Source of the DNA: Octopus sinensis | Taxonomy: Eukaryota | Assembly: GCF_006345805.1 (NCBI RefSeq) | Contig: NC_042999.1 | Coordinates: 558,001-622,000, forward strand | Length of the DNA stretch: 64,000 nt | Direction of reading: 5' to 3' | Shown: piece after piece, positions 13,796-24,529 of the stretch | How positions within the stretch are numbered: position 1 is the stretch's first letter | How the letters are laid out: each line of letters begins with the position of its first letter | Notes under the pieces: model-generated | Database searches by the model: none | The model's input: the letters and a program-made list of their open reading frames with translations, nothing else | Told to the model about the DNA's origin: nothing | Translations under genes and position numbers: made by a program

Positions 13796-14523
13796 CAGGG
13801 ATTACTCTTACTCTTTTACTGTTTTACTGGTTTCAGTCATTTGACTGTGGCCATGCTGGAGCACCGCCTTTAGTCGAGCAAATCGACCCAGGATTATTCT
13901 TTGTAAGCCTAGTACTTATTCTATCGGTCTTTTTTGACGAGCCGCTAAGTTACTGGGACGTAAACACACCAGCATCTATTATCAAGTGATGTTGGGGGGA
14001 CAAACACAGACACAAACATACACACACACATACACATATATGTATATACACATATATACGACGGGCTTCTTTCAGTTTCCGTCTACCAAATCCACTCACA
14101 AAGCTTTGATCGGCCCCAGGTTATAGTAGAAGTCACTTGCCCAATGTGCCACGCAGTGGCACTGAACCGGGAACCATGTAGTTGGTAAGCAAGCTACCTA
14201 CCACACAGCCATTCCTACGCCTTTTTTCATCTATGGACCCCTTCGGTTTCTATTTTATTCTGATGGATCCCCATAGCCATTCAATGTTTAAAAACTAGTT
14301 TTAAGAAACTTCTATTTTCCTTTTTCACACATTTTCTGTAGGTTGAACTATGTAAACATTTAATGAAAGATACTAGTTGTTTCTTGCAATACATACCAAT
14401 ATATACATCTGAAACAAAATATTTGGGGGGGGGGGCACTTAAAATACTGTTGCAGATTCCCAATTTACTAACTTGTTGCAAGGACTCCGCAAGACCATAT
14501 ATGGACACCATTTGAGAACCACT
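13796..14523. mobile_element. Probable hAT-type non-autonomous element interrupted by a SINE
   Basis: Starts caggga(tt) after atctagat, resumes with ctatggacccc after the SINE, ends catttgagaaccactg; right TSD does not match. Confidence 0.45.
13803..14221 (-). mobile_element. tRNA-derived SINE family A (internal CA/TA microsatellite)
   Basis: Head gtgtggtaggtagcttgc..ggttc.cggttcagt.ccactgcgtggcac.ttgggcaagtg; tail ccagcatggcc.cagtcaaatgactgaaac..gtaaaagagtaa. Confidence 0.92.
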
Positions 14524-14883
14524 GATTGGCACAAAATATAAGGACGCAATTCATGTGAACCCACAGCTACAGCCTTTCATTCACATATTCACATAAATTT
14601 CAACCAAATATTGCACCAACCTATTCTGTCTTTTTTTGTTTACTTGGAACTCTATATTAAACTTACTTTATCGAACCTTTGTACTTCATAGTTTATATTT
14701 TATTTTCGTTATTATTTTCTCTTCTTTTATACACTTCATTTCAATGTTCAATCTATATTTCTTGTACTTTGATTTACTTCTTTTTATTGCAATATTTCAT
14801 AAGCTCTGGGAGACTGCCCTAAATACAAAAAAATTATTCCATCCGTAGAGCAGACGATATATATATATATATAATATATATAT

Positions 14884-14921
<38 letters not shown>

Positions 14922-15090
14922 TATATGGGTGGGTGTGATTGTGTATAGAAGAATATATTAATAAAAGGAATTCCAACCTTGTCTGATTTTCACGTTTTAT
15001 TTACAATCTTATAATGATATATTATAAGATAATATATTATAATTGAATAAAATAAAATGAAATAGTAGAATGTTAAATGTTCATTCTGAT

Positions 15091-15135
15091 TGAACTAGTA
15101 CTTTCATGCATTGAATTCTGCAATCTTCGGGTTCA
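15091..15135 (-). ncRNA. Type I hammerhead motif in Penelope 3' terminal region
   Basis: TGAAC-CCGAAGA-T-TGCA-GAATTCAA-TGCA-T-GAA-AGTACT-A-GTTCA: stem I 5 bp, palindromic stem III, U4C and a U-U pair at the base of stem II. Confidence 0.65.
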
Positions 15136-15288
15136 TGTAGTAGTGGTGACATTCATGCTTCACAATTTTTGACTGTAGCAAAATGATTGATTCTGTGCTA
15201 TAAATACAGGTGGGTAGGCTCCAGAATGCTAGGTTTTGCAAACTGTATTCTGATCAATCAGTGTGTAGTATCACTCAATTACTTAAGC

Positions 15289-15315
15289 TGATTGGTTGGT
15301 TGAGCTGATTGGTTT
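15289..15315 (-). promoter_or_regulatory. Paired CCAAT boxes (aaccaatcag x2) in Penelope terminal region
   Basis: Two tgattggtt on +; TATA-like ctataaata near 15199. Confidence 0.45.
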
Positions 15316-15629
15316 AGGCATCACGCTTTGTTGGACATGTCAAGAGTCCTGTATCTTGACCCTGGCCGAAGCAGCAATTGTTGGGTTATTTTTAGAAATG
15401 TTGTAAATATCCTTTGTCAGAGATTTTTATATTTTTATATTTCAATTGTCATCATCATCATTGTCAGCACCATAATTGTTGTTGCTAGTGGTGATGGTGG
15501 TGGCAATAGAACTTTTAACCCTAAATAAGATAATTTTCCTGCTATCTTCATCTTGATCACCTTTAGTATTGTTGTTGTTGTTAGAGGTCATGGTCGTAGC
15601 AGTGGAAGTAGTACCTCTAAGTATTATTA

Positions 15630-17273
15630 TTATTGCTTATTTAGCTTGGTTTCGAATTTATCAATAAAATTCTTTTCTCTGATTCTCCTCTCGATTTCAC
15701 TTGGGCTGTGTAATTTGTAGAACGGAAATATGATATACAGTTTCCGGCCACATGTTGCTAGGTGGTTACTCAAAGGTATCTGACGGACCTCTGGGTCTCT
15801 AATCTGTTGCCGGTGTACACGTGAGCGTTCTGATAGTGCGTTTCCCGTCTGACCTACATATATTTCTTCACAATTTGGGCATTTGATGCAGTAAATTAAA
15901 TTTCTGCTTTTGCAGTTCATATTCGCGTTTGTGAATATTTTCCCGGTTTTTGTGTTTATATATTGACCGGTATGTATGAATTGGCATGTGCCACATCGGC
16001 TATCATTGCATTTAGATACCGTGAATGTTTGGTCTTTGTTGCTAAGGTCAAATTTTGCCTTTGTTAGTAATGTTTTCAAGTTTTTAGGCTGTCTTTTATT
16101 AAGCACCATAGCTCGATCCGTGATTATGTCTTTTAATTCATTACTTTGGGCAATGATTGGTAGGTTTGCTTTGGCAATGTTGAAGATATTCTGGTGACAT
16201 GGGTTGTGTGTCACTATGAATGGCATGACTTGTTCTTGTTTTCCTCTTCCTTCGGTTGTCCTAAGTTGTTGTATGGGTATTTTTATAGCCCACTGTATGC
16301 CATTTTCTATAAGTAGAGATGGGTATTTTTGTTTAAGCAAAATTTTTCTTAGTTCTATTAGGCGTTTGTTCCTGATATTTGCATCTTCTACAATGGTACA
16401 AATTCTTCTGGCTAGGCAGTATGGGATGTTACGTTTTGTATGTGGTGGATGGCACGACTTAAAATTTAGGTATTGATGTGTGTCTGTGTGTTTATAGTAT
16501 ATATCTGTGGTGATGGTGGTGTATTTTTTAATTACCATTATATCTAGGAATGGTAATTTGGTACTACTCATCTCCTTTGTAAATTGGAGAGATGGGTGTA
16601 GGTTGTTCAGGAGGATATTGAACTCTTCCAGAGTATTTAGAGATTCTGTCCAGATTATGAAGCAGTCGTCTAGGTATCTCTTCCATGCCTTTTCAATATA
16701 CTTTCTAAATCCAGTGCCATAGTTTACCTCCACCTCTTGGTAGAGTTGTTGTTCTAAGTATCCCATTACAGAGTTGGCGTAAACGGGAGCAAACCTCGTT
16801 CCCATCGCCGTGCCTCTAATTTGGATGTAATTCTTTCCATTGAAGAAGAATGTGTTATTTTCTAGAATAAGTATGACTGTGTCTAATATAAATGGCACTG
16901 TGAATCTGCTGGGAATCACTTCTCTATGTTTTTCTAACCAGTATTTAATCGCCTTTATTCCTAAATCATGTGGAATATTGGTGTAGAGGCTTACCACATC
17001 AAAACTTAGTAAAACTAAATTTGTTTCTGTTGTTTTGGGAAGATGGGACAGGAAGTCGATGTCATCCCTGATGAAACTGGGTATGTAAGTACACAGTGGT
17101 TTCAAAACAATGTCAATAAAATTGCTTAGACGGTGTGTAGGGCATGCTGGACCAGCTATAATAGGTCTAAGTTTTAGGTCTTTTGGATGTAATAAATTTA
17201 TGTACTCACTTTCTTGTTCTTTTACTGCCTGTTGAATATTTTTTGATTTGTGTATTTTTGGTAAGCCGTAGAA
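15630..17273 (-). CDS. Penelope-like reverse transcriptase + GIY-YIG endonuclease (N-terminally truncated, no internal stops)
   Basis: Frame stays open upstream of the listed ORF: FYGLPKIHK...LRPIIAG; RT motifs SFDVVSLYTNI, GTAMG, RYLDD; linker CNDSRCGTC; LIYCIKCPNCEEIYVGQTG. Confidence 0.93.
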   Translation of the reverse strand, partial: FYGLPKIHKSKNIQQAVKEQESEYINLLHPKDLKLRPIIAGPACPTHRLSNFIDIVLKPLCTYIPSFIRDDIDFLSHLPKTTETNLVLLSFDVVSLYTNIPHDLGIKAIKYWLEKHREVIPSRFTVPFILDTVILILENNTFFFNGKNYIQIRGTAMGTRFAPVYANSVMGYLEQQLYQEVEVNYGTGFRKYIEKAWKRYLDDCFIIWTESLNTLEEFNILLNNLHPSLQFTKEMSSTKLPFLDIMVIKKYTTITTDIYYKHTDTHQYLNFKSCHPPHTKRNIPYCLARRICTIVEDANIRNKRLIELRKILLKQKYPSLLIENGIQWAIKIPIQQLRTTEGRGKQEQVMPFIVTHNPCHQNIFNIAKANLPIIAQSNELKDIITDRAMVLNKRQPKNLKTLLTKAKFDLSNKDQTFTVSKCNDSRCGTCQFIHTGQYINTKTGKIFTNANMNCKSRNLIYCIKCPNCEEIYVGQTGNALSERSRVHRQQIRDPEVRQIPLSNHLATCGRKLYIIFPFYKLHSPSEIERRIREKNFIDKFETKLNKQ

Positions 17274-17274
17274 G

Positions 17275-17354
<80 letters not shown>

Positions 17355-17448
17355 TATGTATATATATATATATATATATGTATAGGATAAAGAATTATTG
17401 ATTTAATAATTAGTAAATATATATGTATATATTATTATTATTATTATT

Positions 17449-17669
17449 CAGTAGTTTTATTTTTATTTATATAGCGTGCTTTCACTTCACTACCGAGCGC
17501 AGCTCTGTGTGCCTTGGGTATGTGCTGTGATTTGTTGTGATGCTCTGATGGTTATTGTATGGAAAGTGTTCTGCGTAGGATGTGGGCAGTGCCTAGTAGT
17601 GCAATTTTCTGTATGTTATATGTGTTTGTAAGTCCTGGTGTTTTTGTTATGTATTTGTCTGAATATTTT
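17449..17669 (-). mobile_element. 3' end of R4/Dong-like (RLE) non-LTR element in (TAA)n
   Basis: Encodes KYSDKYITKTPGLTNTYNIQKIALLGTAHILRRTLSIQ*, then 3' UTR and (TAA)n on both sides. Confidence 0.75.
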
Positions 17670-17682
17670 TATTATTATTATT

Positions 17683-17739
17683 GAGTGAGAGAGCAGTGCA
17701 TGCCATCAAAGTGACAGTGGGGTAAAATATACGAAGCCC
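17683..17739 (-). mobile_element. Very short 3' end of a second non-LTR family in (TAA)n
   Basis: Matches 8160-8197; TTA runs on both sides. Confidence 0.6.
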
Positions 17740-18492
17740 TATTATTATTATTATTATTATTATTATCATTATTATTATTAGCTGAGCTTACAGGAGCTAC
17801 CAAGATGTTCATGTCAAGATACAGGACAACTCTTTGTGAAGTAATTACAATAAAGCTGTAGGCCTGCAAGCAACTGCTGTGCTATTCACAGCAAAGCAAA
17901 TATTACATATACTATGCTATATGTACTAAGTTGCGTTTCTCCCGTTTGTATATAAAAAAAACATGCCAATACATACATGCATGCATGCATGCATCCATCC
18001 ATTAATACACAAACACACACATGCACGCGCACATATGCACACATATATACATCATAAAATAGGAATACGAGTTATTTTAATATATGTTTTATAAGTCGGT
18101 TCTTTACAGTGTTAAGCGGAAATATTTGAAATAGGTTTCAATCTATTTTAAATGAAAAATTAACTTATACGTACAAATCAAATAGACCGTAATATTTCAG
18201 AATAAATTTCGAATTTCCGTTGCGATTATTGAATAGACTTTATTTTAATTGATGCCAATACCGAGACTTTTCAAAGATCTTTAAACAGCCAACAAAGCAA
18301 TCATAGAAAACTCAAAATCGCGGAAACCGAATTACAGTCTACACCTTTAACGTAATTTCGTTTCTCATAAAGTATATCGGAAAGTTAGATTTAAGAACAT
18401 AAGTCAGGGCAGAATTCAGTTTCAGCAAGCACAACAATTTCTAAGAAAATAAACCTCCCAAGGCAGATAATCACGTAAAAGAAAATGAAATA

Positions 18493-18844
18493 AAACAAGT
18501 GCACTCAGAGAGCGCAAACTTCCGCCAAACTAATACGAATATCTTCTCAAAGATTAGCCGGAGGTAATTTTTAAAACGAGAATATCTGAAATAAACTCGA
18601 CTGCTCTCACACACGAAAATGCTAAAAATGAATCCGACCGCTGTCAAAAATTAAGTAAAAAGACAGGTAAAAATAATCCAGAATCCTTGTCCGGTACAGG
18701 ATCAATCCCAAAATCTAATCCGTTCGTGCCCATCAAATGACCAAACATCCCTATAAGTTTCATCCGAATCCATCGAGTAGTACTTGTGATATCTTATCCA
18801 CGAACAGACAAACAAAGAAACAAACACGACTGAAACAATACCTC
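18493..18844 (+). mobile_element. Possible non-autonomous Helitron/Helentron-like (DINE/HINE-type) element, truncated
   Basis: Begins aaacaagtgcactcagagagcgcaaacttccgcc; internal cggaggtaat; acagacaaac microrepeat and aaacaatacctc near end; by resemblance only. Confidence 0.4.
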
Positions 18845-19602
18845 TACGTATACTCGGCCGGTAGTCGGAAATAAGGTAAAGGATGACACATCTGCGAAAA
18901 TAACCTTCTTTCACTGCACTAGGGACCAATTCTGTAAGTTTTTACTCCAGTTCAAAAGCTTTGCAAGATTTGTGTTTGAAAGTAGTGGTTGTCTCCCGTA
19001 AAATCCGGCAGGTCACACGTGAAATCCAGCTTTGTGCAGATCCCGGCGAACACTTTTTGTGGAAGGCAGGTCTCCCGTGAAATCCGGCTTTGTGCAGATC
19101 CCGACGAACACTTTTTGTGGAAACTGAGTTTTCGAGATGGTCATTATGATCTGCAGTAAATTCGAGAGCTATACTTTTGTGATCCTTTCTAACAATTCGC
19201 ATAGGAATCCGACGGTCCTTATCTGAAAGTTTTGGTTTTCTTCCGGAATTTTGTTTCGACGAGGAGATTGTTCCTTCTTTCTCAAAGGTTGTCATGACTT
19301 TCGAGACAGTACTTCTTGATATACCAAACATTTCGGCTGTTTTCGTTACGCTAGCGCCTGCCATACGAGTAACAACAATTTGATCTCTTTGAAAGTCCGA
19401 TAGATCTATCATTTAAATGAATTTTAATTGCCTTTTTCTGATGATATCTGAAAAGGAACAGCAATTTTAGCAAAGCATATTAAGCAAAACTAATAATAAA
19501 TTTTAAAAATATAAAAAGAAACAAGCTTTTGACGGTTTTATAGGTATTTCAAAATTATGATGCAGTGATGCTAGGTGTTTCCATTATTTTGTTCAACCCC
19601 TG
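18845..19602 (-). mobile_element. Tc1-family transposon, 5' half
   Basis: TIR caggggttgaacaaaataatggaaacacc next to TA; HTH ORF 18942-19412 (SRSTVSKV, SGRKPKLS) and out-of-frame KKVIFADVSSFTLFPTTGRVYV with first catalytic D; internal ~55 bp duplication. Confidence 0.88.
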
Positions 19603-19611
19603 TATATGGAG

Positions 19612-19947
19612 GACGAGACCTTCTTTGGTCATGACTGACGGTGGGATTGCACCTAGAAAGGTACCCTCCCAGACACAAGTCTGAGCAAGGTTGTTTATGG
19701 ATGACCAGCAGTCGCCCATGCATACCGGCCTCCCCTCAACACGCCACCAGTGTTACCCAAGGGAAAAGCACAGGGGCTGATACAGCTTGGCACCAGTGAT
19801 GTCGCAGCTCATTTCTACTGCTGAGTTAACTGGAACAACGTGAAATAAAGTGTCTTGCTCAAGAACACAACACGCAGCCCGGTCCGGGAATCGATCTAAC
19901 AACCTCAAGGTCGTAAGCTCGACACTCTAACCACTGAGCCATGCACT
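19612..19947 (-). mobile_element. SINE family D, full length
   Basis: tRNA head ggctcagtggttagagtgtcgagc..gttcgattcccgg, tgtgttcttgagcaagacac core, distinct tail. Confidence 0.88.
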
Positions 19948-20594
19948 TGTATATGTATATGTATATGTATTTATATATAATATACACAAACAGACACACT
20001 CGCATATATGCATTCGCACATACATACACACTTACATGCATGTAGGGCACTTCACAATCGTGTCTTTTTCAGGAATATCCCTTTTCCCATATCAAACCGA
20101 GTCTGTTTAAGCGCCGTACTGAGACGACCACAAAGTTGTCAACGAAACTAAAGAGAAAGAACAGTTGCCGAAGCTCATCTTTATGACTACGGCAACGATT
20201 GAAAGCGCCTGCGTTGACTCGCTGAAGCTACTTGAGAATTATGTCAAAGTTCCAGGTGTTTTGGGAGTATTTAGCTATTTACATATGAATTCAATGAATA
20301 AATAATTCTATTAAGCAAACAACTTCATTTTATCAGTTTATCGGAAGGAAAATCCGTCATACACACAGACGTACTAACACGCACAGGGACAGAGCATACA
20401 CACACACACACATAGTGTGTGTGAACAAACAGAAGTAATACTCAACGTATTTGGCTGGAGTTACGTATATTTTTAGTCACGATTTGACTCAGCTGCTGAC
20501 TTTTTAAACTCTCCTTGGTGCGCACATGTTTTACGAACACACACACACACAAACACACACGTATGTACGTATGCATGTATGCATATGTGTATAT

Positions 20595-20602
20595 ATATCT
20601 AC

Positions 20603-20674
<72 letters not shown>

Positions 20675-20723
20675 TTATTTATCTATCTAGCTATCTACCT
20701 GTCTGTCTGCCTGTCAGTCTATC

Positions 20724-20791
<68 letters not shown>

Positions 20792-20995
20792 AATCTATCT
20801 ATATATATATATACACACACACGTACGTACGTACATACATGCATACATACATACATACAAAGATACATACATACATACATACATACATACATACATACAT
20901 ACAAAGATACATACATACATACATACATACATACATACATACATACATACATACATACATACATGCATACATACATACATAAATACATGCATGCA
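20595..20995. repeat. (TATC)n + (TACA)n microsatellite
   Basis: Direct inspection. Confidence 0.95.
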
Positions 20996-21569
20996 TAAAG
21001 TTTAACATTTGTCAATACCATATTTCTGCTGCTGATGTGTTTTGTCAGAAATATTTTCGGATCTCCAACGCCACCTCCTCATAAGCGGATGCAAATCTTA
21101 CAGAACCGCTTAATTACATTCAGCTTTCCTTCAAGAGAATCTTCAGTTGCTTATCTAACAAATATGCTTTTAATTGAATTATGTTTCTATCTGATATATT
21201 GAATTTTCTATAACATTTTAATTAAAAATACCTTCATGAAATTAAATTAAAATGAAAGAAATTGAATATGTAAAGAAATTGAATATATAAAGCGTTTGCC
21301 CCCCCCCCCCCCACCGATAAAACACTCTTCAACATGGACATACACACGCACACACACACACACGCACACACACACACACACACGCACACACACACACACG
21401 TGCATATGATGGAAAGTTGGCACAACTCTGCTCTTTTAAATGGAAACTTTACATGACATGTCAATGTGGTTTTGTAGCAAGAAGCAAAGCCGGCCGTGCC
21501 ATCCACTCACGAAAAGACAGTAAATGGTCCACAAGAACTCAAGTAAACTGAGTCTTCAACTTGTTCCTT

Positions 21570-21660
21570 TTAGGATGAATGGCAAAATCGACCTCGGCGG
21601 AATTGGAACTCAGAACCCATTTTGCCCGGCGTGCTAACGTTTCTGCCAGCTCACCGCCTT
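21570..21660 (-). mobile_element. SINE family B fragment (head, internally deleted)
   Basis: gacctcggcggaatt.gaactcagaac...ttctgccagctcaccgcc. Confidence 0.8.
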
Positions 21661-22204
21661 AAAGTATCAGGAAAGTTGTTTCGTAAATGAATCAGTTGCT
21701 AAATTAATCTTGGGGAAGGCAATTAGTGAAAGTTTTTAATAGAATCAGTGTAGGTGAATTATTAATATTTATATTCCGAAGATATAAATGTATGAATTCA
21801 AGTACGTACAAATTTGGTTATACTTTCTTGAATTAAAATATTCACAAAAACGAAAATCATTGGTTATGTTTTCATCTTCGGGCGTGGTTTGTATTTTTCA
21901 ATAAATATATCTCCTTACTTCATCGTTCTTGTATATAAATTGTTTCTTTGCACTGGTAGATTGGGAAAACCACGACGTTTTGTTGGAGATTCCCAGCACA
22001 TTTGTCTATGTGTTCGCACAATGGGATGTGTCCATACCTTGGGAGGCAAATCTGTTTCTTGAGCAGAGTAGTTCTCCATCTGAGGGACATCCTTATTTGG
22101 CCTATATATAAACATAGTTTGGCCTATGTGTGCGTGTATATCTATCTCTATCTCTCTATCTCTCTATATATGTATATATACCTGTCTATGTATATATACC
22201 TGTC

Positions 22205-22245
<41 letters not shown>

Positions 22246-22635
22246 GATTTTGTTGAGTTAGGTACTTAAGTTCAGGTACCAAGTTCGATGAATAACAAGC
22301 AAATAAATAACAAGAATGTGCAGGTATGTTGCATTACGGCCGTTTCAAGCGATTCCATTTAATCGATCAGTGCAAGCATTACATCAATTTGCTTTTTATA
22401 TACATATATATGTACATATATATACGTACACACACACGTGTGTATACGTATATGTCCTTACAATTAAGATCATTTAAAAAGATTTTAAATCCACTGCACA
22501 TACATGTTTGGTGATTTCAGGATCAACGCTTATATACGTATAGAGAGATATTTTCTTTTTATAATTCGGAGTTAATTTTAACCGGCTACCTCCCCAGTTT
22601 CATTCTCAATCTACCATGGCCTTTTTCTTTCTCCC

Positions 22636-22847
22636 GTGTGTGTTTATGAGCGAAACACCTAAGCTCCACGCGGCTCCGGCAGAAGGTAATGCGAACTTCT
22701 GCTGACTCTTTCGCCCCACTATTTCCTCCTGCATCTTGCAGCTCACCTGCGACGGACAGGCGTCCCGTCCAGGTAGGGTAGCAATACGTCAAGGAAACCG
22801 GGAAACCAGCCCTTATGAGCCGAGCATGGCTCGCGAAGAAAAAAGCA
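22636..22847 (+). mobile_element. SINE family C, alternative tail, 5' truncated
   Basis: Matches 34555-34770. Confidence 0.85.
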
Positions 22848-22969
22848 GTATGTATGTATGTATGTATGTATGTATGTATGTATGTATGTGTGCCTTGCAG
22901 GTGGAAGACTGAAAAGGCATGTCAAAAGAGTTCATACTCTGGTATCAATTCCTTCTGCCAGCCAACAGC

Positions 22970-23190
22970 TTTTACTCTTTTACTTGCTTCAGTCATTTGA
23001 CTGTGGCCATGCTGGAGCACCGCCTTTAATAGAGCAAATCGACCACAGCACATTATTTTTTGTAAACCTAGTAATTATTCTATCGGTTTCTATTGCCGAA
23101 CCGCTAAGCTACGAGGTCGTAAACACACATCAATCGGTTGTCAAGCGATGTTGGGGGACAAACACAGACACACAAACATACACACACACA

Positions 23191-23260
<70 letters not shown>

Positions 23261-23422
23261 GACAGGCTTCTTTCAGTTTCCGTCTACCAAATCCACTCAC
23301 AAGGTTTTGGTCGGCCCGAGGCTATAGTAAAAGACACTTGCCCGAGGTGCCACGCAGTGGGACTGGACTCGGAACCATGTGGTTCGTGAGCAAGCTACTT
23401 ACCACACACCCACTCCTACGCC
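22970..23422 (-). mobile_element. SINE family A
   Basis: Full consensus match. Confidence 0.92.
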
Positions 23423-23984
23423 TATCTTTCAAAGTGCATGATGCAATTGAATATGCAAATCTTTGGTCGGGTTCAAGAATCATACAAGGGCCTCTCATAG
23501 CTTCGACAATGACTAATTTCAGTGATTCTTCCTAGCAATGACTTTGCTCGTATACGAGAAACCAGCTACGTTTGATGTATATATATATATGTAAATGTGT
23601 ATGCAAATATATATGTATAAGGTTGTATGTATGCGTACGGTTATATGGTAGGTTAGACATTTCTTCGTTCATCTTGTTTCTCGTTTCCTTGCTAAGCTTC
23701 TCTAACTGTTTATCTAACCAATATGACAGTAATTTAATCGAATTTGAATTATATATACCCATCTTTTTATTACACTTTAAATCAAACTTATTCAAATTAT
23801 CTCTATGAAATGATATTAGATGTAGTGCAATTTAATATCATACAGTTTATCTAAACAGGTAACATCTATCGACAGGAATAAAGAACGGACATATACATAA
23901 AGTAAATATATGTGTGTGTGTGTGAGTACGTATGTATGTGTGTTAGTGTGCATCTGACTGTGGGTATATACATAATATATATAT

Positions 23985-24180
23985 ATAGTGGAATTTACAA
24001 AAATGACGAAAACGGGTTTGTAATCAGGTAAAATAAAAACAGATGTGTTAGTTTAACGCTCGAGAAGTGAGAAAGTCTTTTACGTTTCGAGCCTACGCTC
24101 TTCAACAGAAAGGAACACAGAAATAAACAGTGAGAGAAAATAAAAAAAAAACGTTTTGTGGCTAGCGATCAATCAATATA
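23985..24180 (-). mobile_element. ~200 bp TA-flanked hammerhead-bearing element, copy 1
   Basis: Homologous to 36270-36445 and 42260-42422. Confidence 0.75.
24077..24112 (-). ncRNA. Minimal type I hammerhead motif with U6 variant core
   Basis: CTTT-CTGTTGA-A-GAGC-GTAG-GCTC-GAA-ACGT-A-AAAG. Confidence 0.6.
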
Positions 24181-24214
24181 CTCATATAAAACATATAGAC
24201 TCGTGCACACGCAC

Positions 24215-24297
<83 letters not shown>

Positions 24298-24409
24298 ATT
24301 GCATTGTTTATAGCATTTATTCTTTTGAATAGTATCAGTGGAATTTTCGAAACATGTGTCGAAAGTAAAAATATTTGATTACACCTGCGTTAACTCCATT
24401 TTTTTATTC

Positions 24410-24468
<59 letters not shown>

Positions 24469-24529
24469 ATATATATATATGTATGTATGTATATATATAT
24501 ATGTATATATATGTATGGTATCCAAATCC

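Larger units (their letters stand above)
14945..17274 (-). mobile_element. 5'-truncated Penelope-like retroelement with 3' terminal region
   Basis: RT + GIY-YIG ORF followed by ~680 bp 3' region with CCAAT boxes and a hammerhead motif; (TA)n at both ends. Confidence 0.92.

Noticed and set aside
20071-20250. Possible plus-strand exon after ttttcag
   Set aside because: The frame from the acceptor ends in a stop, there is no recognisable product and the donor is weak
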